Below are positions 12,089-23,511 of a stretch of 64,000 bases of DNA, one piece after another. The notes beneath the pieces are model-generated. The model was given only the letters and a program-made list of their open reading frames with translations. It did not search any database and was not told where the DNA came from. This DNA is from Novakomyces olei. Its lineage: Eukaryota. Both the position numbers and the translations under genes were made by a program. The stretch lies in the NCBI GenBank assembly GCA_016906335.1, contig JADEYG010000012.1:124001-188000 (forward strand), in the 5' to 3' direction. Position 1 is the stretch's first letter. Every line of letters begins with the position of its first letter.

Positions 12089-14533
12089 GATTGTAACAGG
12101 TTTCGATGGTTGGGTTTTTGCTCGCAAGATGTTTACCACCTTTATTTACATGAGCCGACAAGGTGACGTAGTGCCTTCCGGATGCGGCGAGAAAACCCTA
12201 TGAATTACGCGAGCTGAATGGTGTGGAGAGCGATGGTGTTCTCGTGGCGTCCGTTATATTACTTTTTCAAGCTGAATTAATGTCTAATAACTCGCAACGT
12301 ATTATATGGAGTTTATTATATACTTTATTGCGTGACAAAGCTTGTCACGTGCACACGCCTTAGAATTCACGGTAGGCGAGCCGAGCAATTGGCGCGGCGT
12401 CACCGTGTCATTGCCATTGCCATTGCCCCTTTTTTATTTTGATGATTATGTAGGCGTAAACCCTAACCATACTGGCCGGTCAAGGGCAACCACCGACTTG
12501 TCACTGGGTCGGGCGATAGAATGCGAATCTGCCAGGACCCTGTTCCAAAGTGTCTGTAGACAGAAAGAAAGTATGAGACTCGTTATGGTAGATCTGCTGG
12601 AGTAAAATTGTTTTGCAAGCTGCTCGAAATGCGGGCAATAGTACAATCTTCGTCGCTAACACGCAATGAGCTCCTGTGGCGCATAATATTTGACCTTGGC
12701 TTTATATGGCTGCAAGCCCTCTGCCGCCAATTGGTCTACAGCAAAACGCAACATCCTCAAGAGCTGCTGAAGCTGTATTCAATTGACGGTTGCAATTCCC
12801 AAGGCTTTGACGTTGCCATGGATGGGGCGTGCCTATATCCTTTGCAAGCCTCTTAAAGCACTATAATGCCAATCCATTACTCACTCCTGCTCTACAACTC
12901 CACTTGACGCAGATTATTAGCGCTATGAGCGCATCAAATCTGTCGAACACCTATCTTACTCGCTGACCATTAGCATCGCCTGCCAAGACACCGGCAGCGA
13001 CCGCTCAGGATCTGGCTTCGTCTCACCGTGCTCTACGTAAATTGATGCAATATGCGATCTGACCGCTATACCCAAGACCTTGGACTCGCGTTGCCGCTTG
13101 GCTGGGTTTGCTTCATATACAAGATGCATAGACATAGATTGATGATTCTGGTCAGATGCGCATGCTTTCACTTGTGATATGAATTGCCATTATAAAAATT
13201 GACTCATTCAAAACGCTCTATGCCATTAGTCTAGGCATGCGTACCCTGTCAAAGGCTTTGCTATCCTGCACAGACAAAATCTCGTATCTCAACAGCTCCC
13301 AATTTTTTATTTCACCGCCAGCAGAGAATATACGAAAAAGTCGAAGCAAGCCTTATTCGCAAAATAATATTTGCTATTCATTTATGGATTTCAATCTGCA
13401 GGTGGATTGCATTGCAATGAATCCGTTTCCCCAATCCATTAAAGCCGAGGATGCTTACCATACTTACACAGAAGGCAATCGTTATTTAGCAAGAAGCAAA
13501 CACTAATAGACGCTTCACATTGTGTAATGTCTGTCGAATATGCCATCTGCAGGAACTGAATAGCAAAACGTGCTAATCGCCAGTGAGGATTTTTCCAGCG
13601 AAATCAAAAATAGCTCTGCCTATCTACTTACTTTTCAGCGAGACAAAAGTAATACGAGAAATCAAAAGAGCCTGGTTTTATTTAGCAACAAAATCAGCGA
13701 ACCCCTCCTGTTCCTCGTTAGGTTTTGGTTCAAAGGGACGCCATCAACATTGAGCAGCTCAAAAGCATTATCTAAAATCATCCTATCCAGACCTGGATTA
13801 CGTCAATCTTATCCCATTGAACGATAATTTGGTAAACGTAAGGATTGCGGAAATTGTCTGGTAAACGCCAAGATTATCTTTTAAATTTTAAGCGGTTGTC
13901 GTCGAGGTAAATTTCTAATGCAGCTATAAACACACTGGAACAAGGCAATGCAATGTAAAGCAACGCCAACCGCATAGTCACATAGCCTTTTCTCAAGAAT
14001 AAACTAGCATCATACATTATCTGGCATTCTCAGCATCAAGCTGTTGAGCAAAGTAGCGCCATATTATTCTGTCGACGTGAAATGAACAGTAGCCGATATT
14101 AGCAGTCAAACATGCAATTTAATTAAAGCTACAATTGAAGTGTGCGGTCAGTGTTTACCCATCGCGATCGTTTTACCTGGCAGGTAGCGGGTAATCATCG
14201 TACAGAGTGGAACCTTATCTCGGAGTTAAGAAAGTCGTTTCGGCCTCACGTTATCCAATACACCGAAAGCTTAGCGAATCTAAGCGGTAGGTAGACACAG
14301 CGTTTCACGTGGTGCATGACTTGGGATATTTGTAACAAGTAACCTCCGCGCCGGCACGTGCCAAAGCTGACGTGAAATTATCTTGGGCCTGATAAATTAC
14401 GTCATAATAAAGTCACTATATTAGAGGTTCGCCGGTATTTCAATGCTATTAGATCCTCAGTGCGGAATAGGGATATACTTCAAAATATCTACAATTGGGA
14501 CTTTGGAATTTCGTGAAAGAAAATCTTGAAGCA

Positions 14534-15569
14534 ATGGTTAAGACACTTCCTTTTGCTGATCGGCAAGTTGACGTTCCTGGCTTCGGTGCCATGGGCTTGA
14601 GCTTCGGGTTGGGAAAAAGCCTTAGCTACGAGGAAGCCGAACCAGTTCTGCTCAAAGCTCTCGAGCTTGGATGCACATTTTGGGACACAGCTGTTGTTTA
14701 TGCGGCTGGAGTAAACGAGTCGCTACTTGGAGAATTTATCCGTAAACACAATGCGCGAGATAAGCTATTTATTGCGTCAAAGTGCGGATTCGATATTTCT
14801 GCGTCTAAACCTCTGTCGGTGACAAATTCACCAGAACATATTCGAACGTATATCGACGGAACTATTGAGCGTTTGGGTTTTACTCCGGATCTGTACTACC
14901 TTCACCGTATCGATCCCAAGACGCCTTTAGACGTGTCCATTCCTGCTCTTGATAGTATTCGCAAGGCTGGAAAATGCAAGTATATCGGACTTTCAGAGGT
15001 GAGTAGGAGCTTTGGATTTGGACGTACATACTTATTTCATTTAGTGTTCTGCCAAGACTCTTCGAGCAGCAAACAGCATTGCTAAAATCGATGCTATACA
15101 GGCAGAATTTTCTGCATTCGAGACGCTGCATGAAACTGATGGCCTTATCGATACCGCGCGAGAGCTGGATATCGCTTTTGTTGCCTTTTCGCCTCTTGGA
15201 CACGGTTGGCTAGTGGACAATTTCGACTATAAGTCACCAGATGATTTTGCGCCAAACGATTTCCGTCGCACTGTGCCAAAGTTCCAGGGCGAAAACTTCT
15301 ACAAAAACAAGAAAATTGTTGAGAAAATCAAGGAGTTCGCTAGTAAGAAGGGATGCACAACCGCACAACTTGCCCTTGCATGGGTTGCCAGCCAAGGGCT
15401 GATCCCCATTGCTGGAACGACAAAGCCTGAGCGCTTGGAAGAAAACTGGAAGAGCAGAGATGTCGACTTGTCCAAGGACGAGCTTGCACAGATGCGAAAG
15501 GTTGTTGAAGAGGCTAAGCCTGAGGGCACTAGATACTCAGAGACAAATCAGGCTTTGGTTGGCCACTAA
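14534..15569 (+). CDS. Aldo-keto reductase, copy 1 (YakC/pyridoxal-reductase-like; intron ~14999-15044)
   Basis: [57 protein letters not shown] and AQLALAWV. Confidence 0.93.
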
Positions 15570-16610
15570 TAAGTTTCCATATGGCAGTTCTAGTTTAAGA
15601 TACGTCTTGGACAAGCTCTGAGAGAGTATTTGAGTCGTGATAGTTTAAGATTTACTCCAGTATTCATCTGCACCAGGCGAACAATAGAACCAAATACGAA
15701 GTCTTGTGGTATTTTTTCAGAGTTTTAGGTTTTAATATTGAATACAGACTGGATAAATCATTTATGGTTACATACGGAGAATATACAGAGTAATAGGCAT
15801 ATATTGTATGACAATTAGTACGTAAATTCGCTGGAGATATAATAGCAAGTAACGAAATATCACCGGATGCTGGACGGCCTTTAGTCAGTCTAGCGATACG
15901 CAATGTACATTGATTGATAACTGTGATGATTGAAAAAAGACCTTGTTCCCCAACCCAACAAACGTGACCGCAACACGGTCAAGTGTCTCATTTTAAAAGG
16001 CAGGCAGTTTACGATTATGCGCATAAAATAGTTAGAGTTGAATTAGGTGAGCAGCACCAAAAGTAGCGGCCAGACCAACTGTCATTAGACAGCTCAAAGT
16101 CTGTGCCGTGCAGATCTCTGCAGCTGTTTCACACCCAAACGGGTAGATGGCCGGCAAAGTCTTGTTCATAGCACACACGTTCACAATACATTAAGGGTTA
16201 CAATACTTATTTACCCTATTTTACCGGCAAAAATTACTCCATAAAGTTGAATTGCCATTGCAATGGCAAACCTAAAAATCATAGCATAAAATATTCGCTT
16301 ACCGTGGTAGGCGAGGAATGCCACTATCGAGATAGGCAAAATGCATCCGCTAATGCTTGGCGAATTCTTGGCGAATGTAGTAAGGTGGGATCTTGAATTG
16401 ACGTAGGCTTCTCGGGCACAAGCAACATTATTCCTACCTTCACCCGTACCATAAGTCCGAAGACAGCTCCGTCGGCCTTAAAAATCATGTTTATACTCTA
16501 TTCAAGCCATGACTTGCCAATGACGTCAATTGGGTGATAGACAGCTTATATTAAGAGACGTGCATCTGCACTACCAATTACGCTCGGAAGACCAGCAACG
16601 ATTGTAGACA

Positions 16611-17645
16611 ATGGTAAAGACACTTCCTTTTGCGAGTTTGAAGGTGCCCGTCCCCGGCTTCGGTGCCATGGGCCTGAGCTCGGCAATGGGGACGGCAATG
16701 AACTACGAGCAAGCAGAACCAGTTTTGCTAAAAGCCATTGAACTTGGCTGCACTTTCTGGGATACAGCTGTTGCCTATGGTGCTGGAATCAATGAAAAGC
16801 TGCTTGGAGATTTTATTCGCAAACACAACGTCCGTGACAAGCTTTTCGTGGCCTCTAAATGCGGCTTTGACGTTTTTGCCCCAAAGCGATCGGTAACAAA
16901 CTCACCAGAACATATCCAAAAGTACATTGAAGGAACCATTGAGCGTTTGGGGTTCGCTCCGGATTTGTACTATCTTCACCGTATCGATCCCAATACGCCT
17001 TTAGACGTTTCCATTCCTGCTCTTGACGGAATTCGCAAGGCTGGAAAGTGCAAGTATATCGGACTCTCAGAGGTGAGTGAGCTTATAGTCAGGATGTTCA
17101 CACTTACTTACCGTTTCTAGTGTTCTGCCAAGACGCTTCGAACAGCAAACAGCATTGCCAGAATCGATGCTGTACAGGCCGAGTACTCTGCATTCGAGAC
17201 AGTACATGAAACTGATGGCCTTATCGAAACTGCGCGAGAGCTGGATATCGCTTTTGTTGCCTTTTCGCCTCTTGGACACGGTTGGCTAGTGGACAATTTC
17301 GACTATAAGTCACCAGATGATTTTGCTCCTGACGACTTCCGTCGCACTGTGCCCAAATTCCAGGGCGAAAACTTCTACAAAAACAAGAAAATTGTTGAGA
17401 AAATCAAGGAGTTCGCTAGTAAGAAGGGATGCACAACCGCACAACTTGCCCTTGCATGGGTTGCTAGCCAAGGGATGATTCCTATTGCTGGAACGACAAA
17501 GCCTGAGCGCTTGGAAGAAAACTGGAAGAGCAGAGATGTCGACTTGTCCAAGGACGAGCTTGCACAGATGCGAAAGGTTGTTGAAGAGGCCAAGCCTGAA
17601 GGTGCGAGATTTTCAGAATTCTTCCAGTCTATGGTGGGCCATTAA
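16611..17645 (+). CDS. Aldo-keto reductase, copy 2 (tandem paralog; intron ~17073-17120)
   Basis: Same motifs and same intron position as copy 1. Confidence 0.93.
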
Positions 17646-18392
17646 ACGGCCAAGTCTTTTGATAATATATATATCGGCTCTTACACTAGTATCGCGTAAT
17701 CGCATAAAAGTCGGCAGAATCGTAGCTACATGTAGAATATCACATAGTAATTGTATTGCTCAGGCTTTGTAGGCGAACATTAATATGAGCGAAGAGCAAT
17801 CTCGAATCCGTTGTTATTTGTGTCGGCATTGAGTGATTTCCTGCTATTTACAAGCCTTGGAAATGGTTAAACATATTCTAAAATACGAATGTTTTATATA
17901 GTATTATTGCCCGTCTCATCTTGTGCACGTGTATCCATTTGACGCAGTGGCAAGCAAAAAAATGGTATATTGTTAAATATATATCCACTGGTTTTTAAGA
18001 GCCTTTAATACTATATGGCCTCTGATCTATGTACACTAAGCCGCCATGACGGTTTGATTGCCAGGCGTCTTGTACTCTAGTTCATGCTTGCTTTTAATTC
18101 GGTTTCTGTCTTGAAAATCGCGAAAAATAGGAGCAACGTACGGCTTGCGTATAACTATGCCATAATCCCATCCATGTAATTGTGCAAGCCAGCTGCTAAA
18201 GCCGACCAAAGTCATGCCCGAATCCGAAGCCCAACACAGCATTGCTGTAGTAGCAAGAGACAGCCTTTAACAGCTGCGTATACCTGCTTCGCTGTGCATA
18301 TTGAATATTAATTTTGACTAGACAACGATGCAGTCTACCCGTGGCCTTGATCCCTATAAATGATCATTGAGCGCCTTGCTTGCACCTCTGCG

Positions 18393-18590
18393 GCTTTTAG
18401 TTGTTTTTGCTTTTAGTTGTTTTTGCTTTTAGTTGTTTTTGCTTTTAGTTGTTTTTGCTTTTAGTTGTTTTTGCTTTTAGTTGTTTTTGCTTTTAGTTGT
18501 TTTTGCTTTTAGTTGTTTTTGCTTTTAGTTGTTTTTGCTTTTAGTTGTTTTTGCTTTTAGTTGTTTTTGCTTTTAGTTGTTTTTGCTTTA
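18393..18590. repeat. 16-bp minisatellite (GCTTTTAGTTGTTTTT), about 12 copies
   Basis: Perfect tandem repeat with no unique spacers. Confidence 0.97.
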
Positions 18591-18806
18591 ATTGTTTTCG
18601 CTTTAAATTGCTTACCCAATAATTTGCAACAAGAGGCACACCCAATTATTGTATAAAGCATGTTAAAGTTATGTATAAACGCGGCTTACGATAAGCACTA
18701 AATACGTGTATACGTACGTCCATACTATACAATAGACGCCGACTGACGTTTTGCCACTATTTCTTGTTAGGCCACGTTTCTCCCAGTTGCAGGAAGCGCG
18801 TTCAAT

Positions 18807-19974
18807 ATGAGCTGGTACTACATTCCGTTCCAGCATGTGCGCCAGATTGGCTCGTACCTGGTCGTACTCTCAGCCGCGTTTGTTATGGGCGTTGCTTTTG
18901 TCAATGTAAGTCTAGACTGTTCCGCCGCTTTCTATAAGGCTTTTTGATCCAGCGAGCCATTTGGGTTTAACTGGGCTTCAATGCCATTTTATTTAATGCC
19001 ATTTGTTCAGTGCCATTTTGATCTTTTTGTTCCAATTCGCTTGCACTTTATACGGCTGCCGTACCCTCTCTCTACTTGGCAAATCTATCGATAAATTTAC
19101 CCTCTCTCACTTGCCTGCTGACGTACAAGGGCGCAATGGAATACGATGTGCTTTGGCGGCCTTCGCTTGCTCAAAGGAGCCTTCCGATTGCAGAGGCTTA
19201 CTATTTGGCAGTTGCGTCAGTGCCGCCACGCGTACGGCTCTTGCTGCATGTATTTATGGGCGTGGGGATGCTTGGCCATCTCTTGAAAATGGCCAAAGGC
19301 AGTCTCTCCGACCAAATCCCTGACCTTATTTCGCTGCTGCTCTTTATGGCGGGATTCGTATGCTATGGCGTGAATGTGGCCTCGGGGATTACTGCTATTG
19401 CGAAGCACGACTATGGTGATCTCGACAAGCTCGTACACTTTCAAGTTCTCGCTGCAAGTAACATTATTATTATACTCTTGTACATTGGCGTGATTTCAGC
19501 TCAAATTGCGCAGTACGGCGAGGTAAGTGCAATTCCCGCCACATTTTCTTGTCACTTTTGTCGTTGATTTGAAGATTATTTTGCCGTTATTTTTTTCAAA
19601 GGATTCGCTGTCTTTTTAAGTGCAATTGGTTTTCGTGCAATTGGTTTTCTTTTTTCCTTTTTTTTTTCAAGGCTTAATCAATTTCCGTTTTCTGGGCTAA
19701 TCATTCTAATTGCTAGGCTCCCGCTGTGAAAATAGTAGAAGTGGAAAAGAAGGATAATAAGAGTGAAGCGCCAGAGAGCACTAAAACTAAGACTGAACAA
19801 CCACAGTCGAGTAATGCCGCGGCTGCGGCGGCTAATGCGCCCGCAGAGGCGAGCAAGTTGGCGGGACAATCTACTTCGGCTCCTGTCTCTGTGATTCCTG
19901 GTACAAAGGAGCCGGTTGACCGCTCTGGTGCCGAAGTTGCGTCGCAGGCGACTAAACGGAAATCGAAAAAATAA
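18807..19974 (+). CDS. SHR3: ER amino-acid-permease packaging chaperone Shr3/Psh3 (multi-exon)
   Basis: Four TM segments; YDVLW..AEAYY..PP....LLH, DLISLLLFMAG and QVLAASNIII..L.IGV..AQ motifs; basic C-terminal tail KRKSKK. Confidence 0.82.
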
Positions 19975-20478
19975 GATTGTAAAAGTCCGAGCCTGAGACG
20001 TGAAGATCTCAGATTGGCTTGTTGTGTGATAGTTTGTTTTAATACGACTGAGTACATGCCATGGCTGACAAGACGAATTTAACCTTTAACGAGAAGGACA
20101 TGTAGATCAAACTTGTAAGGATGTTTCTTTTGTAGAGAATTTATTTGCTGTTCAGTTCATTGTACGAAATTATACAATGTAGCAAAAAATTCGGTGCAAG
20201 ACAGAGATGTATATACGGGTCATCCAGAGTACATTAGTAAAGGCAAAGCATCCTACGTTGGCAAGATCATTTGCATTGTCCTATCAGATATATTTTTAAA
20301 TTACCTACTAAAAATAAACATATAGGTGAAAGACCTATGCAAACTAATACTAGTACCGATCTCTATATTAATCATAAAACAAAAATAAATAAATAAATAA
20401 AAGGCAATCCAATTTAACTTTTTTTACTAACAGGGTGCTCACACAACCCGGCTCTATTCGCTCCATCTTGACACCAGT

Positions 20479-22191
20479 CTAGACTGCTTTGCGAATAGTT
20501 GTATCGACGCGGCTTAATAGGCCGTAAGAGACATAGAGCATGCCGGCCACAGAGGCCACCAAAGCCGGTTTGCGTAGAGATTCGTACCAGTGTGTACGAT
20601 ATGCAATGAAGAAAAACCTATTTGCCGTAATCTCTACCAATTTGTCAAAGTTAAACTCGCGATAAGGCCGCCCGACACTGTCGAGGTACGTTTTAACCAA
20701 TCCCTGCGATTCACTGGCCGGAGTAAAAGGCAGTTCTGCAGATATATCGTAAGCTCCTTCGGGCAAAATTACTCGCACTGTCACATTATCGTACTCTGTA
20801 TTGGCTGCTCCCTCAATAAGAGGCAATCTCAACACCGTTTTGCCTCCTTCAATTGCGCGGGCAACTCGACCAAGATCAAAGTTCCATCCAGCTCTATAGT
20901 AAAAATTCCATCCACCAAAGAGCGGATAGCGTGGGCTGATTGTGAGGAGCGAAGCAGTCTTGGCACTCGGCCTGAAATGACTCGTTGATACGTTTCCAAC
21001 ATCGTCAATGAAATAAGCATCTCGAGCTCGTGGACTGAGCCTGAGATCAATCTGAGAGGCCGCTGTTGAAGGAGGTGCAGTGTTGCCCCCATACATTAAC
21101 GAACGTGCCTGCCAAAGGACACGATCAAAATTGCCTTTGAGTGGGGCCGCTGCGTTGTATAGCCAGGTACGTTGCTCAACCGCCACGTTGCCCAGCAGTG
21201 AGATTTCAATGTCACGTTGTAACTTCTGCACACGTAGAATCGGAGCCGTCCACTCGTAGCGTACGTGCACATAATTATTCTGGTCTTTGATGGACATGGC
21301 AGTGGCGGCTGACACGTCCGTGTACGGGCCATAAGTTAACACAGTGCCAGAACGGACTGGCTCAGCTCCATCAACAGTTTCAAAGGTCGTATAGTCCGGA
21401 ACATCGATGCTCTTAGTCCTACACACAGTCAGACGGGAAGGGAGGAGTGAAATCGGGAAAGGAGAATAGAGGTTTGGGAAAGATTTGAAGTTTAACGAAA
21501 CGAAACAAAAAAATATGAGTGAACGGGAATAAAGGAATATTTAACATTAATCAACGGATCAAGGCTCAACAGAAAATACAAGGCAGTACACAAAACCGGG
21601 CAATAAAATCTTGTAATGCAAAATCTTGAAGAGTAAAATCTTGAACCAAAATCCTGACTCTCAGTAACGCCTTACTTGAACTTTGTACGCTGTTTCGCCG
21701 TATCGTAGGGCGAGGTAAAGTACCGCGGCCCACTGTACTGCAAGTACTGTTTGCCTTCCTGTTCTACGGCAGAAGGAACGCGCTGCAGCGTGTCCGTTCC
21801 AACGTACACATCGACAGTGAGACTTGCTCGTTGTCCCGGCGGCACTGGTGCCGCCAAGACTATGGTGTACACGTCTTGTCTATGTACATCGTCAGCAACG
21901 GCCATTAGTATGAAAACCCTACCCTTGCTTTACAATCTGCAGTTCCTGTTCAGGCTCGGCCTGAGTAGCGAAAACAGCTGCCACAGAAGAATAGGGCAGT
22001 GCCAGTTTGTAGTCTGACTGTTCCTGGCTGCCAGTGTTTTCCACAGTCAGATCCAACGATTCATGAATCTGCGCCTGTACAAGGTCGACTGTGCGCAAAA
22101 CTTGGGCATTCAGCCATTGCTCAGTGTTGGCTGCTAAAGCAGCTGCCGCCAGTGCCGTTGAGGCAGCGAATGACAGCCATTGCTTCAGCAT
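20479..22191 (-). CDS. OST1: Oligosaccharyltransferase alpha subunit, ribophorin I (3 exons)
   Basis: Signal peptide; SPYDT.KQRT, LTYGPY, YFIDDVGNVSTSHFR, PRYPLFGGW, KTYLDSVGRP and LRKP followed by a TM segment. Confidence 0.93.
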
Positions 22192-22736
22192 TGTGAGCTC
22201 TGTCTCCTAAGCCTGCACGTTACAGTAACGTGCTTTTCATTAGCTGGATTACGTATTTAATTATATTTTATTTTTATTTCATATTCTCATACATCACCCA
22301 TCATAGTATACAAATTTAACTGATCGCTTGTACACAACCATCATGAAATTAGCAACAAGAAATTAGCTTGTTTGTTTGTTAAGCCATCCATCAGGGCTAC
22401 TCCTGTTGCAGTCTATAAAATTTATATAATTCTTGTGCCATCTCTATAATTCTTGTGCCAGTGGGTAATGTAATAGTTGCAGCGATGGAAAGCACGCCAG
22501 TCCATGCGTTATCTGGTCCACTCACTCGCGGCTAATGAGGCAAATTATTTGTCTTATTTCAAGCTTTACGACTATCCATAAACTTTTCAATTACAAGATC
22601 GTCAAGATAATGTAAATTTGTAAATTTGAATTGAAATAAATTGCAGCAGATTAAACTGTAATCAGCTTTTGTGACACAGCCATTGATTCTGAATCAGAAC
22701 AAAACTCAATGAATGAATTATTGAATGAATAAATGA

Positions 22737-22737
22737 A

Positions 22738-22792
<55 letters not shown>

Positions 22793-22794
22793 AT
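22737..22794. repeat. (AAAT)n microsatellite
   Basis: Direct observation. Confidence 0.92.
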
Positions 22795-22970
22795 ATTAAA
22801 AAAAAGGGCAGAAAAAGGCAAGAAAACAAAAAAAAATAAAAATAAAAATAAAAAGAGGGTATTAGCGATACAAGCACTGAACCGCCATATTCAGTAGTGT
22901 CTTCTATAAAAACGTTGTAAAGCCAAGCTTCACAAACAATCGCGTGATAAAGACAAGGCTCAGTATGATA

Positions 22971-23252
22971 TTATTCCGTCTTTTTCGCTTGCTCCGCTGC
23001 TTCGTATTCTGAAAGAAACCTGAAATAATGTAAACATAAATTATTGTCAACTTGAGAGTTTTTCGCGTACCAGCAGACACTAATCCACAAGGCGGCTGCG
23101 AGTGCCATTAGTGCAACACAGTGAAGGCTGTGAGTAAGCACTAGCAGAGCTAAAAGAACAGCTTCAAGAAGTGCCAAACTGATATGCGTTGCGCGTATTA
23201 GCACTGGCGTTGGACCTGGCGTAAATATCGATTGCCATAGCTCTGTCAGCAT
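22971..23252 (-). CDS. PKR1: V-ATPase assembly factor Pkr1 (probable short intron)
   Basis: LWQSIFTPGPTPVLIRATH, two TM helices with LT.SLH, ALWISVCW and a charged tail. Confidence 0.85.
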   Translation of the reverse strand: MLTELWQSIFTPGPTPVLIRATHISLALLEAVLLALLVLTHSLHCVALMALAAALWISVCWYAKNSQVDNNLCLHYFRFLSEYEAAEQAKKTE

Positions 23253-23511
23253 TGCATGTGAAAAGCTATATCAAATTTGACATATGCTTCGTATAAAATA
23301 ATAAAATAATAAAATAAATAGATTTTATTCTTTAAATAATTCCATCTTATCTGTATAAAAACTAAAATACTATAATAATAGTTAAATGTGCTCTAAGCAT
23401 TCAATATGAGATATATTCAGTGGAGATATATAGGAATAGAATAATAAAATAGATCAAAAGAATCAACCATATAAACCTCACTACTCGCTTGTCGATGGCG
23501 AGCCGTCGGTA

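Noticed and set aside
12342-13827. Short ORFs in the long intergenic region as genes or transposon relics
   Set aside because: All are under 90 aa, with no transposase, RT or integrase motifs and no terminal repeats seen.
14534-17645. Secondary-metabolite cluster around the AKRs
   Set aside because: No backbone synthase, tailoring enzymes or pathway transcription factor nearby.
18036-18242. 68-aa ORF downstream of the AKR pair
   Set aside because: No recognisable motif or splice structure; cannot be supported.
18393-18590. CRISPR-like regular repeat
   Set aside because: Head-to-tail 16-mers with no spacers and no cas genes, in a eukaryotic context.
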